Positions 27,653 through 37,249 are shown, counted from the first letter of the stretch. The stretch: DNA of 44,574 bases from an uncultured Ectothiorhodospiraceae bacterium (GCA_964585725.1 CAZPFD010000003.1:1-44574); one strand, 5' to 3'. Numbers and translations: made by a program. Notes: generated by a model not told the origin, from the letters alone.

Positions 27653-28050
27653 CACGCGCAGGGAGCTCCTTCGGCGGGTGGGCCCGCGAAGTGCTCGTCG
27701 AGGCGGGCGTGCAGCCGGCGCAAGCTCAACGGCTTCTCGAGCAGCTCGGTATTGGGGAGAAAACGCACCCACTCGCGCGCCGCGAGCTCGGGACGCGCGG
27801 TGATGACCAGCGTGAGCGGCTGAGCGCCGGGAAACTCGCGGTGCATCGCCTCGCAAAGAGCGCGACCGTCCAGGCGCGGCATCTCGATGTCAGTGATGAC
27901 GACATGAAAGCTCTCCTCCCTCAGCTTGCGCAACGCCTGCTCGCCGTTGGAGGCCGTCTCCACCGTGTAACCCTTGCCTTCGAGCCCGAGCCGTATCACC
28001 CGCACGACGTGAGGTTGATCGTCCACGAGAAGTATCCGCCGGCTGGTCAA
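27652..28050 (-). CDS. stand-alone response regulator receiver protein
   Basis: 132 aa. ILLVDDQPHVV, VVITDIEMPRLDG, LTLVITA. Start overlaps the kinase stop by 4 nt. Confidence 0.85.
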   Translation of the reverse strand: MTSRRILLVDDQPHVVRVIRLGLEGKGYTVETASNGEQALRKLREESFHVVITDIEMPRLDGRALCEAMHREFPGAQPLTLVITARPELAAREWVRFLPNTELLEKPLSLRRLHARLDEHFAGPPAEGAPCA

Positions 28051-29876
28051 ACGGCTTCTCTCAGCAGGATGGGCGTTTTCTTGAGCTCGATCGTGAACTC
28101 ACTCCCCTGACCCGGCGCGCTTTCCAGCCTGATCCGCCCCTGATGCAGCTCGACGATCTCCTTGGCGAGCGCGAGACCCAGGCCGTGGCCCGTCCTCTCA
28201 CGCACGTCTTCGCGATCGGAGCGGAAGAACTTGCTGAATATGCTTGCCTGATCCTCGGGAGCGATCCCGATCCCCGTGTCGCGCACGGAAATGAGGATGT
28301 GATCCTCCGTTTCGGTGGCGGACAGCAAGACCTGGCCGTTGGGCCGGTTGTATTTGACCGCGTTGGTCAGCAGATTGTTGATTGCAATCCGAAGCAGTCT
28401 CTTGTCGACGTGCACGGCGCTCAGCTGATTGGGCACGTCGAGCTTCATATCGAGCCCCCGATCGGCGGCGCTGCGCGCGACGTTGTCGAACGCGTCCTTG
28501 AGCAGATCCCCCAACCTGATGCGCTGGCGCTCCAGAGAGACGCTGCCCATCTCGATCTCCGCGATATTGAGCATGTTGTTGATCAACATGCCGACCAGCT
28601 CCACTTCGTCCTTGATGACGTTGCCAGCCTCCACGCGCACGGCATCCGAGTCCTTGTCCCCATCGAGCAGCATCTCGCCGTACATGCCGATGACGTGCAG
28701 CGGCGTCTTCAGCTCGTGGGCCAGGCGGGCCACAAACTCCTTGCGCGCCTTCTTGGCCAGCGACTCCGCGGTGACGTCGTGGAACACGATCATGGTGCCG
28801 TAGATTCGGGAACCGCCGCTCGGCGAGAACAGCGGATAGGCGCTCACCGCGATCTCCCTGTCGGGCGCATGCTCCGGGATCATCCGAATGCTCCCCATCT
28901 CGTTGCGGCGCGCGGTGCTGCGCATGAAGTTCGAGACAAAGGCGAGAAGCTCGGGTGACTTGCACCACTCGTTCGGTTTGAGTCCGGCGATAGTGTCGGC
29001 CTCGATGCCGATCAGCGCGCTCAGCTTGCGGTTCGCGAAAGTGACGGCGCCCGACTCGTCCATTACCACCACCCCCTCGGGCAGGGACTGGAGCACGGAC
29101 TCGATGCGCGCCTTCTGGTACGAAAGGACCTTGGCCGAAGCCACCTTCTCGGAGTGCTCGGACTCGAGCGCGCAGATGCGGGCCTCCGCCGCTTTCACGA
29201 TGCGGTTGAAATGCCGGATGAACTCCCCGATCTCGCCCGAGGCCTCCAGCTCCACCGTGCGCACCACGTTGTCGTCGACGATCGACTGAATGCGATCGCT
29301 CGCCTCGCGCAGGGGCTGCACCTCGCGCTTGACCAGGTAGTAATAGAGGGGCGCGAGCAGGAATACCGGCAGGGCCAGCCATGCGAAGTACGGCAGTTCC
29401 TGGCTCACGAGGGCCCAGCCGGGCTCGACGTACCCCACGCGTACGTATCCCTGCAGCTCGCCGCCGTCGAGCACGGGGGCGTGAAACTCGCGGAACTCGC
29501 GCCCACCGCGGACGTCGGCGATCTCGCGTTCTCCGAACCAGGACGAGGGTTCGCCCGGCAACGCCAGCGCGGGAACGATCACACCCGGCGCCGTAACCTC
29601 GAGCAGGTCCTCGCCGTCGGGGCGCGACACCACGGCGTAGGCGAAGTCGGGGTTTCCCTGAGTGGACTTGACCAGCGCCAGCGGGCCTTGCTCGCCCTCA
29701 TCCGGGATGAGCTGCGCCAGGGACATGCTGGAGAGCAGGCGCGCCAGGCTCACCCCCTGAACGCGAATCTGAGAGAGCCGAGAGGAACGGTGGGACTCGA
29801 ACGAGACACCGATGATGAGCGCGATCACGAGCAGTGACGACGCGACCATCATCAGGCCAAGACGCTCGCTTTTCAT
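28047..29876 (-). CDS. sensor histidine kinase (periplasmic sensor-HAMP-PAS-HisKA-HATPase)
   Basis: 609 aa. Two TM helices flank a periplasmic region of about 150 aa. H-box LAHELKTPLHVIGMYGEML, N-box NNLLTNAVKYN, G1 DTGIGI, G2 GHGLGLALAKEIV. Confidence 0.85.
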   Translation of the reverse strand: MKSERLGLMMVASSLLVIALIIGVSFESHRSSRLSQIRVQGVSLARLLSSMSLAQLIPDEGEQGPLALVKSTQGNPDFAYAVVSRPDGEDLLEVTAPGVIVPALALPGEPSSWFGEREIADVRGGREFREFHAPVLDGGELQGYVRVGYVEPGWALVSQELPYFAWLALPVFLLAPLYYYLVKREVQPLREASDRIQSIVDDNVVRTVELEASGEIGEFIRHFNRIVKAAEARICALESEHSEKVASAKVLSYQKARIESVLQSLPEGVVVMDESGAVTFANRKLSALIGIEADTIAGLKPNEWCKSPELLAFVSNFMRSTARRNEMGSIRMIPEHAPDREIAVSAYPLFSPSGGSRIYGTMIVFHDVTAESLAKKARKEFVARLAHELKTPLHVIGMYGEMLLDGDKDSDAVRVEAGNVIKDEVELVGMLINNMLNIAEIEMGSVSLERQRIRLGDLLKDAFDNVARSAADRGLDMKLDVPNQLSAVHVDKRLLRIAINNLLTNAVKYNRPNGQVLLSATETEDHILISVRDTGIGIAPEDQASIFSKFFRSDREDVRERTGHGLGLALAKEIVELHQGRIRLESAPGQGSEFTIELKKTPILLREAV

Positions 29877-30073
29877 TGCCGGATGACCAGATTGTTCGTG
29901 TCCCGCGGGGGCGCGGGGAGCCCGGGGCTGTAAGCCGTTGTATCGGAACCTGCTAGGCGAGCTTTAGACGGCCCCCGGCGGCGGGCCCACGCCGCGCTGA
30001 TTCAGAGGCGCAGGCCGCTGGCCGATAACAGCCGCGCGCCGTAGCGACCCAGACTCGCGGAGCCCGGCGCCGG

Positions 30074-30550
30074 ATGGGAACAAGGGGTGACCGTAAGGTG
30101 TCGTGCTGGCGCGCAGCCGCTCTGGGAATCCTGGCCGCATTCGCACCGGCGGCAGTCGGAGACGGCGTGTATCGCTGGACCGACGAGAGCGGCCGGGTGC
30201 ACTACGGCGACCGGCCGCCCCAGGGGGAGGGCACGCCGGTGGAGCTCGACGCGGCTCACGAGCCGACATCCGAGAGCTCCGGCGCCGAGGCGCATCCCAT
30301 CCCCCGCGAGAGGCTGTTGCGCGCGTTCGAGAAGGAGCGGCGTGAACGCAGGGAACGCGCTCGCCGGCGGGCGCTCGAGCAGGAAGCGCGCGCCCAGCGT
30401 TGCGCCACGGCTCGCGACAATCTGCACGAGATACAGAGCGCGCGCTATCTCTACGAGGGCGAGGGCGAACAACGCCTCGTGCTGAGCGAGGAGGAGCGCC
30501 GGGACGTCACCGAGCAGTGGCGCGAAGCGGTCCGGCGCTGGTGCGACTAG
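30074..30550 (+). CDS. DUF4124 domain-containing secreted protein
   Basis: Signal-like AALGILAAFAPAAVG followed by GVYRWTDESGRVHYGDRPP (DUF4124 signature). Charged coiled C-terminus. Exact start uncertain. Confidence 0.6.
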   Translation: MGTRGDRKVSCWRAAALGILAAFAPAAVGDGVYRWTDESGRVHYGDRPPQGEGTPVELDAAHEPTSESSGAEAHPIPRERLLRAFEKERRERRERARRRALEQEARAQRCATARDNLHEIQSARYLYEGEGEQRLVLSEEERRDVTEQWREAVRRWCD

Positions 30551-32847
30551 TTTCGGCGACCCACGCTCTCTCCCGCGGACTGAATCTGCGCCTGCACCAC
30601 GGCGACGGCGCTCATGTTGAACAGCCCCCGTACGCTGATGGACTGGGTCACCACGTGCGCCGGCCGCGCCACACCCACGAGGATGGGTCCGATGGAGACG
30701 CCGCCGCCCAGCATCTTGAGCAGGTTGTAGGCGATGTGGGCCGCGTCCACGTTGGGCATCACCAGCAGATTGGCCGCCCCTCTCAGGCGCGACCCGGGAT
30801 AGGCGGCCTCGCGCAGCTCCTCGGACAACGCCGCGTCCGCGTGCATCTCCCCGTCGATCTCGAGCTCGGGCGCGCGCTCCTGCAGGAGCCGCACCGCCGC
30901 GCGCATCTTGCGGGCGGACGCGGTGTCGTGGGTGCCGAAGTTGGAATGCGACAGCAGCGCCAGCTTCGGGGTGATGCCGAAACGGCGCACCTCGTCGGCG
31001 GCGAGCAGCGCCATCTCCGCCACCTCCTCGGCGCCGGGCTCGGGGGACACGTGAGTGTCGCAGATGAAATAGGTTCCCTCGGGGAGGATGAGACAGGTGA
31101 GCGCGGAGACGTCGCGGATGCCCTCGCGCTTGCCCACGACATCCATGATGTGATGCAGATGGCTGCGAAAGCGGCCCACCGTGCCGCACAGCATCGCGTC
31201 GGCCTCCCGGCGGTGCAGCATCAGCGCCGCCACCGCGGTGCTGTCCGAGCGCACCACCGCCTTGGCGACCTCCGGCGAGATCCCCTTGCGGCCCATGATG
31301 CCGTGGTACTCGCTCCAGTAGTCCCGGAAGCGCGGATCGTCGAGAATGTTGACCAGCTCGAAGTCCCGGTCCGGCCTCATGCGCAGCCCCAGAGTGCGGA
31401 TACGGTCCTTGATCACCGCAGGGCGGCCCACGAGGATGGGGTAGGCGAGCCCCTCGTCCACCACCTGCTGCGCCGCCTGCAGCACCCGCCGTTCCTCCCC
31501 TTCCGCGTACACCAGCCGCTTGGCCGTGGCCTCGCGCGAGCGCTCGAAGATCGGCTTCATCACCAGCCCCGAGCGCCACACGAACTGGTTCAGGCGCTGG
31601 CGATACGCCTCCATGTCTTCGATGGGCCGAGTGGCCACGCCGCTGTCCATCGCCGCCCGGGCGACCGCCGGCGCCAGCTGCGTGATGAGCCGCGGGTCGA
31701 AAGGTTTGGGAATCAGGTACTCGGGGCCGAAGCGGGTGCGCTTGCCGCCGTAAGCCTTGGTGACGAGCTCAGAGGGCTCGGCCTGGGCCAGGTCGGCCAG
31801 GGCCAGAGAGCACGCCGCCTTCATCTCCTCGTTGATGTCGGTGGCTCCCACATCCAGCGCACCCCGGAAGATGAACGGGAAGCACAGGACGTTGTTGACC
31901 TGGTTCGGATAGTCCGAGCGGCCCGTGGCGATGACCGCATCCGGGCGCACCGCCTGCGCCTCCTCGGGGAGTATCTCGGGGATCGGATTGGCGAGGGCCA
32001 GGATGAGCGGCTTCGCCGCCATGCGCTTGACCATCCCGGCCTTCAACACCCCGGGCGCGGACAGCCCGAGGAAGATGTCCGCCCCCTCGATGACCTCCCC
32101 CAGCGTGCGCGCGGCGGTATCCTGCGCGTAGCGCGCCTTCCACGGATCCATGAGCTCCTCGCGCCCCTCATAGACCACCCCCGCGAGATCGGTGGCGATG
32201 ATGTTCTCGCGCGGGAGCCCGATGGTGACGAGCTGGTCGAGGCAGGCGATGGCCGCCGCCCCCGCGCCCGCGGTCACCAGCTTGACATCCTTGATGTCCT
32301 TGCCGACCACGCGCAGCCCGTTGACCACGGCGGCAGCCACGATGATCGCGGTGCCGTGCTGGTCATCGTGAAAGACCGGAATGTTCATGCGCTCGCGGAG
32401 CGCACGCTCGATCTCGAAGCACTCGGGCGCTTTGATATCCTCGAGGTTGATACCGCCGAAGGTCGGCTCCAGGCTCGCGACCACGTCGATGAAGCGTCCC
32501 GGATCGGGCTCGTTCACTTCGATGTCGAACACGTCGATACCGGAGAACTTCTTGAACAGAACCGCCTTGCCCTCCATCACGGGCTTGGCGGCGAACGGAC
32601 CGATGTTGCCGAGCCCGAGGACGGCCGAGCCGTTGGTGACCACCGCCACCAGGTTGCTGCGCGCGGTGAGGGTGGCGATCTCCTGCGGATCGCGCACGAT
32701 GGCGTTGCACGCGGCAGCGACCCCGGGCGAGTAAGCGAGGGAGAGATCGCGTTGAGTGGTGAGGGGCTTGGTGGCCACGACGGCGAGCTTGCCGGGGAGC
32801 GGCAGGCGGTGGTACTGAAGGGCGCTCTCCTCGAATTCGTTGGACAT
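30547..32847 (-). CDS. maeB: NADP-dependent malic enzyme (malic enzyme plus PTA-like domain)
   Basis: 766 aa. [24 protein letters not shown], dinucleotide site [12 protein letters not shown], and a C-terminal phosphate-acetyltransferase-like ~330 aa. Confidence 0.92.
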   Translation of the reverse strand: MSNEFEESALQYHRLPLPGKLAVVATKPLTTQRDLSLAYSPGVAAACNAIVRDPQEIATLTARSNLVAVVTNGSAVLGLGNIGPFAAKPVMEGKAVLFKKFSGIDVFDIEVNEPDPGRFIDVVASLEPTFGGINLEDIKAPECFEIERALRERMNIPVFHDDQHGTAIIVAAAVVNGLRVVGKDIKDVKLVTAGAGAAAIACLDQLVTIGLPRENIIATDLAGVVYEGREELMDPWKARYAQDTAARTLGEVIEGADIFLGLSAPGVLKAGMVKRMAAKPLILALANPIPEILPEEAQAVRPDAVIATGRSDYPNQVNNVLCFPFIFRGALDVGATDINEEMKAACSLALADLAQAEPSELVTKAYGGKRTRFGPEYLIPKPFDPRLITQLAPAVARAAMDSGVATRPIEDMEAYRQRLNQFVWRSGLVMKPIFERSREATAKRLVYAEGEERRVLQAAQQVVDEGLAYPILVGRPAVIKDRIRTLGLRMRPDRDFELVNILDDPRFRDYWSEYHGIMGRKGISPEVAKAVVRSDSTAVAALMLHRREADAMLCGTVGRFRSHLHHIMDVVGKREGIRDVSALTCLILPEGTYFICDTHVSPEPGAEEVAEMALLAADEVRRFGITPKLALLSHSNFGTHDTASARKMRAAVRLLQERAPELEIDGEMHADAALSEELREAAYPGSRLRGAANLLVMPNVDAAHIAYNLLKMLGGGVSIGPILVGVARPAHVVTQSISVRGLFNMSAVAVVQAQIQSAGESVGRRN

Positions 32848-33297
32848 GAATCGTCATCCGCGATGGTCGGTCCGGTGGTTGCTTCCTTCGGGCTGCGAGG
32901 TGCAGAACACACCTTGCAAAGCGGGAGGTTTGCCGATCATGCACGCCTATCGAGGCGACGTCCACACCCGCGCCGCTGCTGCGGGTGAGAAACCCCGCCC
33001 GGGAGTCTCATAGTCGCGTGCCGCGCGCTCCCCCCGCTCGCCGTTCGCGGGCTCGCACCACACACAGCCCCCATCGCAGCCGCGCCGCTGCGAGATGTCC
33101 GGCCGCCCGATCGCGCGCCGGAGCCCCCTTCGAGCCCATGCGCAATCGGGTAAAATCGCAACGGGGTTGCCGGCGGGTCTCAACGCCCCGCCACGGCAGT
33201 GGATGCTGCTCGGGGTGCGGAGACCACCATCGGGCGTTCGATGCGGAGGGTTTCGGGCCGTGCTTCGCTGGCCGATGGGCGCAATACCGTCACGCAC

Positions 33298-34011
33298 ATG
33301 AGCAAGCGCCGCGACAAGCTGCCGCGGACGTCGTCCAGCGGCGAAGTGGAGGCTTTCCTGCGCAAGGTGGCAGCGACCCCGGCAACCCGACCCGCCGGGC
33401 GCCGGGGGCGCCTCGTCTTCGCCATGGACGCCACGGCCAGCCGAGAGCCCACCTGGGACCGCGCGAGCCACATCCAGGCCGAGATGTTCGAGCAGACCGC
33501 GGCCCTCGGCGGGCTCGACATCCAGCTCTGCTACTACCGGGGATTTCGCGAGTTCGATGCGAGCGGCTGGTTCGCTCGCGCGCCGGAGCTGCACGACTAC
33601 ATGCGCGGCGTCGGCTGCGTGGCGGGGATGACGCAGATCGCGCGGGTGCTCGGACACGTCGTCGCCGAAACCGAACGCCGCCGCGTCAATGCGCTGGTGT
33701 TCGTGGGTGATTGCATGGAGGAGGACATCGACGAGCTGTGCCGTCTGGCAGGTGAGCTCGGCTTGCGCGGGGTTCCAGCTTTCGTGTTTCAGGAGGGTCA
33801 TGACCCCATCGCGGAGCGCGCGTTTCGGCAGATCGCACAGCTCACGCGAGGCGCTTATTGCCGCTTCGACGCATCGAGCCCGCAGCAGCTCAAGGACCTG
33901 CTGAGCGCGGTGGCGGTATACGCCGCCGGCGGCCGCCGCGCGCTCGAGGACTTCGGGCACCGTAGAGGCGGTGTCGCGGGACAGCTCACCCACCAGATGA
34001 AGAAAGGGTGA
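33298..34011 (+). CDS. VWA domain-containing protein
   Basis: Start chosen at ATG 33298 ([10 protein letters not shown]...). [16 protein letters not shown] is a MIDAS-like DxTxS motif. [10 protein letters not shown] follows. Confidence 0.65.
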   Translation: MSKRRDKLPRTSSSGEVEAFLRKVAATPATRPAGRRGRLVFAMDATASREPTWDRASHIQAEMFEQTAALGGLDIQLCYYRGFREFDASGWFARAPELHDYMRGVGCVAGMTQIARVLGHVVAETERRRVNALVFVGDCMEEDIDELCRLAGELGLRGVPAFVFQEGHDPIAERAFRQIAQLTRGAYCRFDASSPQQLKDLLSAVAVYAAGGRRALEDFGHRRGGVAGQLTHQMKKG

Positions 34012-34015
34012 GCTC

Positions 34016-34753
34016 TTGCATCTGGTGATCCTTCTCGGTCTGCTGATCGGCGCTCTGATCCTCATCAGCTGGATCAAGCGGGCGCCCCCGCAACAGCGCG
34101 AGCGCGCGCTGAAGCGCCTGCTTCTGGGCGGGGGGCTGGCGCTGCTGGTGCTGCTCACGGTGACCGGCCGGCTGCACTGGATCTTCGCCGCCGTCGGTGC
34201 GGCAGTGCCGATGGCGCTGCGGCTGTTTCAGGTGCTGCAAACCGCGCAGCTGTTCAAGAATCTGAAATCCAGGCACAAAGCGGCGCAAGGACCGAGTGCC
34301 GGGCAGACCTCTGAGATCGAGACCCGTTTCCTGCGCATGTGCCTGCACCACGACACGGGCGCCCTGTCCGGCGAGGTCCGCGAGGGACGGTTCCAGGGAC
34401 GCGCGCTGGACGCCCTGGAGCTGGAGCAGCTTCTCGAGCTGCTGGCGCAGTGCCGCCTCGAGGACGCACAGTCGGCGACGGTGCTCGCGACCTATCTGGA
34501 TCGCACCTTCGGCGACGAATGGCGCGAGCGCGCGGAGGAAGCCGAGCGGGAGACGGCCGGCGAAGAGGCCGCGCAGGGGCCGATGACGCGTGCGGAAGCC
34601 TGCGAGATCCTGGGGCTCGGGCCCGACGCCGGCCGCGACGAGGTGCTCAAAGCCCACCGCACGCTCATGCAGAAGCTGCATCCGGACCGCGGCGGCTCCA
34701 ACTATCTCGCCGCCAAGATCAATCAGGCCAAGGATCTGCTCCTCGGCACCTGA
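34016..34753 (+). CDS. membrane-anchored J-domain protein (C-terminal DnaJ domain)
   Basis: 245 aa. Two or three N-terminal hydrophobic helices. C-terminal [48 protein letters not shown] carries the HPD tripeptide. Starts 4 nt after the VWA gene. Confidence 0.75.
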   Translation: MHLVILLGLLIGALILISWIKRAPPQQRERALKRLLLGGGLALLVLLTVTGRLHWIFAAVGAAVPMALRLFQVLQTAQLFKNLKSRHKAAQGPSAGQTSEIETRFLRMCLHHDTGALSGEVREGRFQGRALDALELEQLLELLAQCRLEDAQSATVLATYLDRTFGDEWRERAEEAERETAGEEAAQGPMTRAEACEILGLGPDAGRDEVLKAHRTLMQKLHPDRGGSNYLAAKINQAKDLLLGT

Positions 34754-34760
34754 TTATTTT

Positions 34761-34926
34761 GAAAGATCAACCACAGAGTACACAGAGGGGCTCACAGAGA
34801 ACACAGAGGGAAAGAAAAAACGAAAACTCCGAAGAAGCACTCCAGCTAATCTGCTCAATCACTCTCTATATTCTCTTCTCTGTGTACCTCTGTGCGATCC
34901 TCTGTGTACTCTGTGGTTGATCTTTC
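34761..34926. repeat. 166-bp MITE/REP-like palindromic element with 28-bp perfect terminal inverted repeats
   Basis: Left arm is GAAAGATCAACCACAGAGTACACAGAGG (34761-34788). The exact reverse complement is at 34899-34926. The arms extend imperfectly to about 54 bp. Each arm holds 4 copies of CACAGAG. The core is AT-rich. The element fills the gap between two convergent stop codons. Confidence 0.6.
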
Positions 34927-34935
34927 GGCGCTTGG

Positions 34936-35646
34936 TCAGGGGGCGAAGGCGACGGTGACGCGACGGTTGTGCCGGCCCTTCTTCTCGATCTTGCTCACCA
35001 CCACGGGGCCGATCTCCGCGGTGGAGGCTACGTGCGTGCCGCCGCACGGTTGCAGATCCACACCCTCGATCTCCATGATGCGGACCTGTCCCTGGCCGCT
35101 CGGCGGGCGTACCGACATGGTGCGCACGAGCCCCGGGTTCGCTTCCAGCTCCTGGTCCGTGATCCAGCGCGAACGCACGGCGTGGCCCTCGCGCACGATG
35201 CGGTTCAGCTCGCTCTCCACCTGCTCCTTGTCCAGAAGCCGGTCCGGCAGATCGAAGTCGATGCGACCGCTGCCGTCGCGCACCGAGCCCCCGGTCACCC
35301 CGCCCGGCACCACCCCGCACAGCACGTGCAGCAGGGTGTGCATGCGCATCAGCCGATAGCGGCGCTCCCAGTCTATCTCGGCCACGACTGCCCGCCCGAC
35401 GAGCTCCTGCGACACCGGCTGAGCGGGAACATGAAGGATCTCGCCCGGCTTCGAGCCCTTGCGGGTGTCGACGATGGCCACCTCTCCGCCGTCCGACAGA
35501 CGCAGCCGCCCCGTGTCCCCCGGCTGTCCGCCCCCGAGCGGGTAGAACACCGTACGGTCGAGCTGCACCCCGGTCTCATCGACGGCAGTGATATGCGCCT
35601 CGCACGTGCGCGCATAGGCGTCCTTCCGAAACACCTCCTCGGTCAT
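34936..35646 (-). CDS. alaX: alanyl-tRNA editing protein (AlaX-M type)
   Basis: 236 aa. HTLLHVL (HxxxH) and CGGTHV zinc/editing motifs of the AlaRS/ThrRS second additional domain. Confidence 0.85.
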   Translation of the reverse strand: MTEEVFRKDAYARTCEAHITAVDETGVQLDRTVFYPLGGGQPGDTGRLRLSDGGEVAIVDTRKGSKPGEILHVPAQPVSQELVGRAVVAEIDWERRYRLMRMHTLLHVLCGVVPGGVTGGSVRDGSGRIDFDLPDRLLDKEQVESELNRIVREGHAVRSRWITDQELEANPGLVRTMSVRPPSGQGQVRIMEIEGVDLQPCGGTHVASTAEIGPVVVSKIEKKGRHNRRVTVAFAP

Positions 35647-35955
35647 GCTTCACCTCTCGCGGGGGACGGATTCATTCTTCCTTCAGGACCTAGCGGATGC
35701 CGACGAGCTTTCAATGATAAACCTGGACCCGATCGGAGACGAAACGCAACATCCATGTCTCAACGCTCGCAGGAGGGGGTCGCGGGTAATCAGCAACTCG
35801 TATGCGCTCGCCGCGATCAGAATACTCGGGAGGAGTCGGGATGCGCCCCGCTCGGCGTTGGAGACGAGAGATGCTCTCCGCCGCAGCGGCGCTCGTTCTG
35901 ACTGAATGCGGCGTTCGCCCGTGAGGCGGCGAACGAAAGGCGGGCGAGGCCCGGA

Positions 35956-36192
35956 TCAGGTGGCTTCGGTCGCCTGCTGGCGGCGGTACTGAGCGATCAT
36001 GGCCGCCATCTTGTCCTTCGCCAGCAGCTTCTGTTTCTTCAAGGTACCTAGAGTGTAATCGTCGCAGGGCGAAACACCATGTTCAGCGTCTCGCACCTTC
36101 TCTTTGAGCTCGGTGTGCCGCTTGTACAGCTCCTGAAATTGCCGGTCGCTCCTCAAGAGCTCCTGCACGATACTCTGGTCGTACTCGAACAT
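35956..36192 (-). CDS. DUF465 (YdcH-like) protein
   Basis: Start at ATG 36192 (MFEYDQSIVQELLRSDRQFQELYKRHTELKEKV...). 78 aa. The track ORF has a 24-codon upstream extension. Confidence 0.7.
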   Translation of the reverse strand: MFEYDQSIVQELLRSDRQFQELYKRHTELKEKVRDAEHGVSPCDDYTLGTLKKQKLLAKDKMAAMIAQYRRQQATEAT

Positions 36193-36424
36193 GGAAACCT
36201 CGCCTGAGTGTTGGCGTCCCCACACGAAGACCCTGCGAAAGGCTGCCCCGAACAGAGGCATCAAGGCTACCCTAGCTCAAAAGCCGCTGCTCGACAACTG
36301 GCCGGCGCCGGGGGGTTCGCGGGGGACGCGGCCCGGGGCTCGGACCGCATTTCCCGCCCGGAGACTGCCGCGGGTATGCCGCGGTGGCGGCCGCCCGCCC
36401 GCACCCGTGTCGCCCGCGTACGCT

Positions 36425-37249
36425 TCAGAACACCCCTCGAAAGCCGACGCGCCATTCGCGCCTGGATAGGGTGATCTGCGGCATCACGGACCAATGCTCG
36501 CGCCCCTCGAGAAACGCCGAGTGAAACAACGCGCCGACGAAGTGCCCGAGGGCCGCGCCCGCCAGCGCGTCGGAGGGGAAGTGCTTCCGAGCCTCGACCC
36601 GGGCCCAGGCGGCCGCCGCCGCCATTCCCCCGAAGCCCCATCGCAGCACCTCGCGCCGGCGACTTGCAGGCATCAGCGCCTCGATCTCGCGGATGCCGAG
36701 GGTGGCGAACAGGGCCGAGTCCGAAGCATGCTGCGATGGGAAGCTGCGGTGGTCGCTCGCGTCGGGGCGTTCGCGCCCGGTGGCTCGCTTGAGCCCCTGC
36801 GTGATACCGACATTCACGGCCGCGGACGCGGCGCCCACCGCCAGCGTCCGCACGCGCCCGGGACGCTCGTCCCGGTCCGGGGCATCCGAGCCCGTGAGAA
36901 CGCTCATGCCGTAACCGCCCACCGCGGTCCAGCGCAGGACGTCGCTGGCGGTGTCGGCAGCCTCGTTGGACCCGAACAGCGGCGTCTCGTCCGCTGCCCA
37001 GTCCGATAGCTCCTCGTCCGCGTCCCCGATCTGCAACAGACCCGCGCCGAGAAGCGGACCCCAGGTGGCCGGCGAGCGCGCCGCCTGAACCGCTGCGGCG
37101 CCCAGATCCTGCCAGCCAGGCCACCACGATGATTGCGGTGGCTCGCCGGGGACCGGTGTCGCAGCGCAGCTCGTCAGCGCAAGGAACCACGACACCACCA
37201 CCACCAGCCCGGCGGATGCTCGGGCGGCGGCGCACGGTACCGGGCGCAC
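36425..37249 (-). CDS. PAP2-family phosphatase, probable lipoprotein
   Basis: PAP2 motifs LKRATGRERP, PSQH and RVEARKHFPSDALAG. Proposed in-frame GTG start at 37249 gives the signal/lipobox LVVVVSWFLALTSC. The remainder of the 457-aa track ORF overlaps lysR and is discarded. Confidence 0.6.
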   Translation of the reverse strand: MRPVPCAAARASAGLVVVVSWFLALTSCAATPVPGEPPQSSWWPGWQDLGAAAVQAARSPATWGPLLGAGLLQIGDADEELSDWAADETPLFGSNEAADTASDVLRWTAVGGYGMSVLTGSDAPDRDERPGRVRTLAVGAASAAVNVGITQGLKRATGRERPDASDHRSFPSQHASDSALFATLGIREIEALMPASRRREVLRWGFGGMAAAAAWARVEARKHFPSDALAGAALGHFVGALFHSAFLEGREHWSVMPQITLSRREWRVGFRGVF

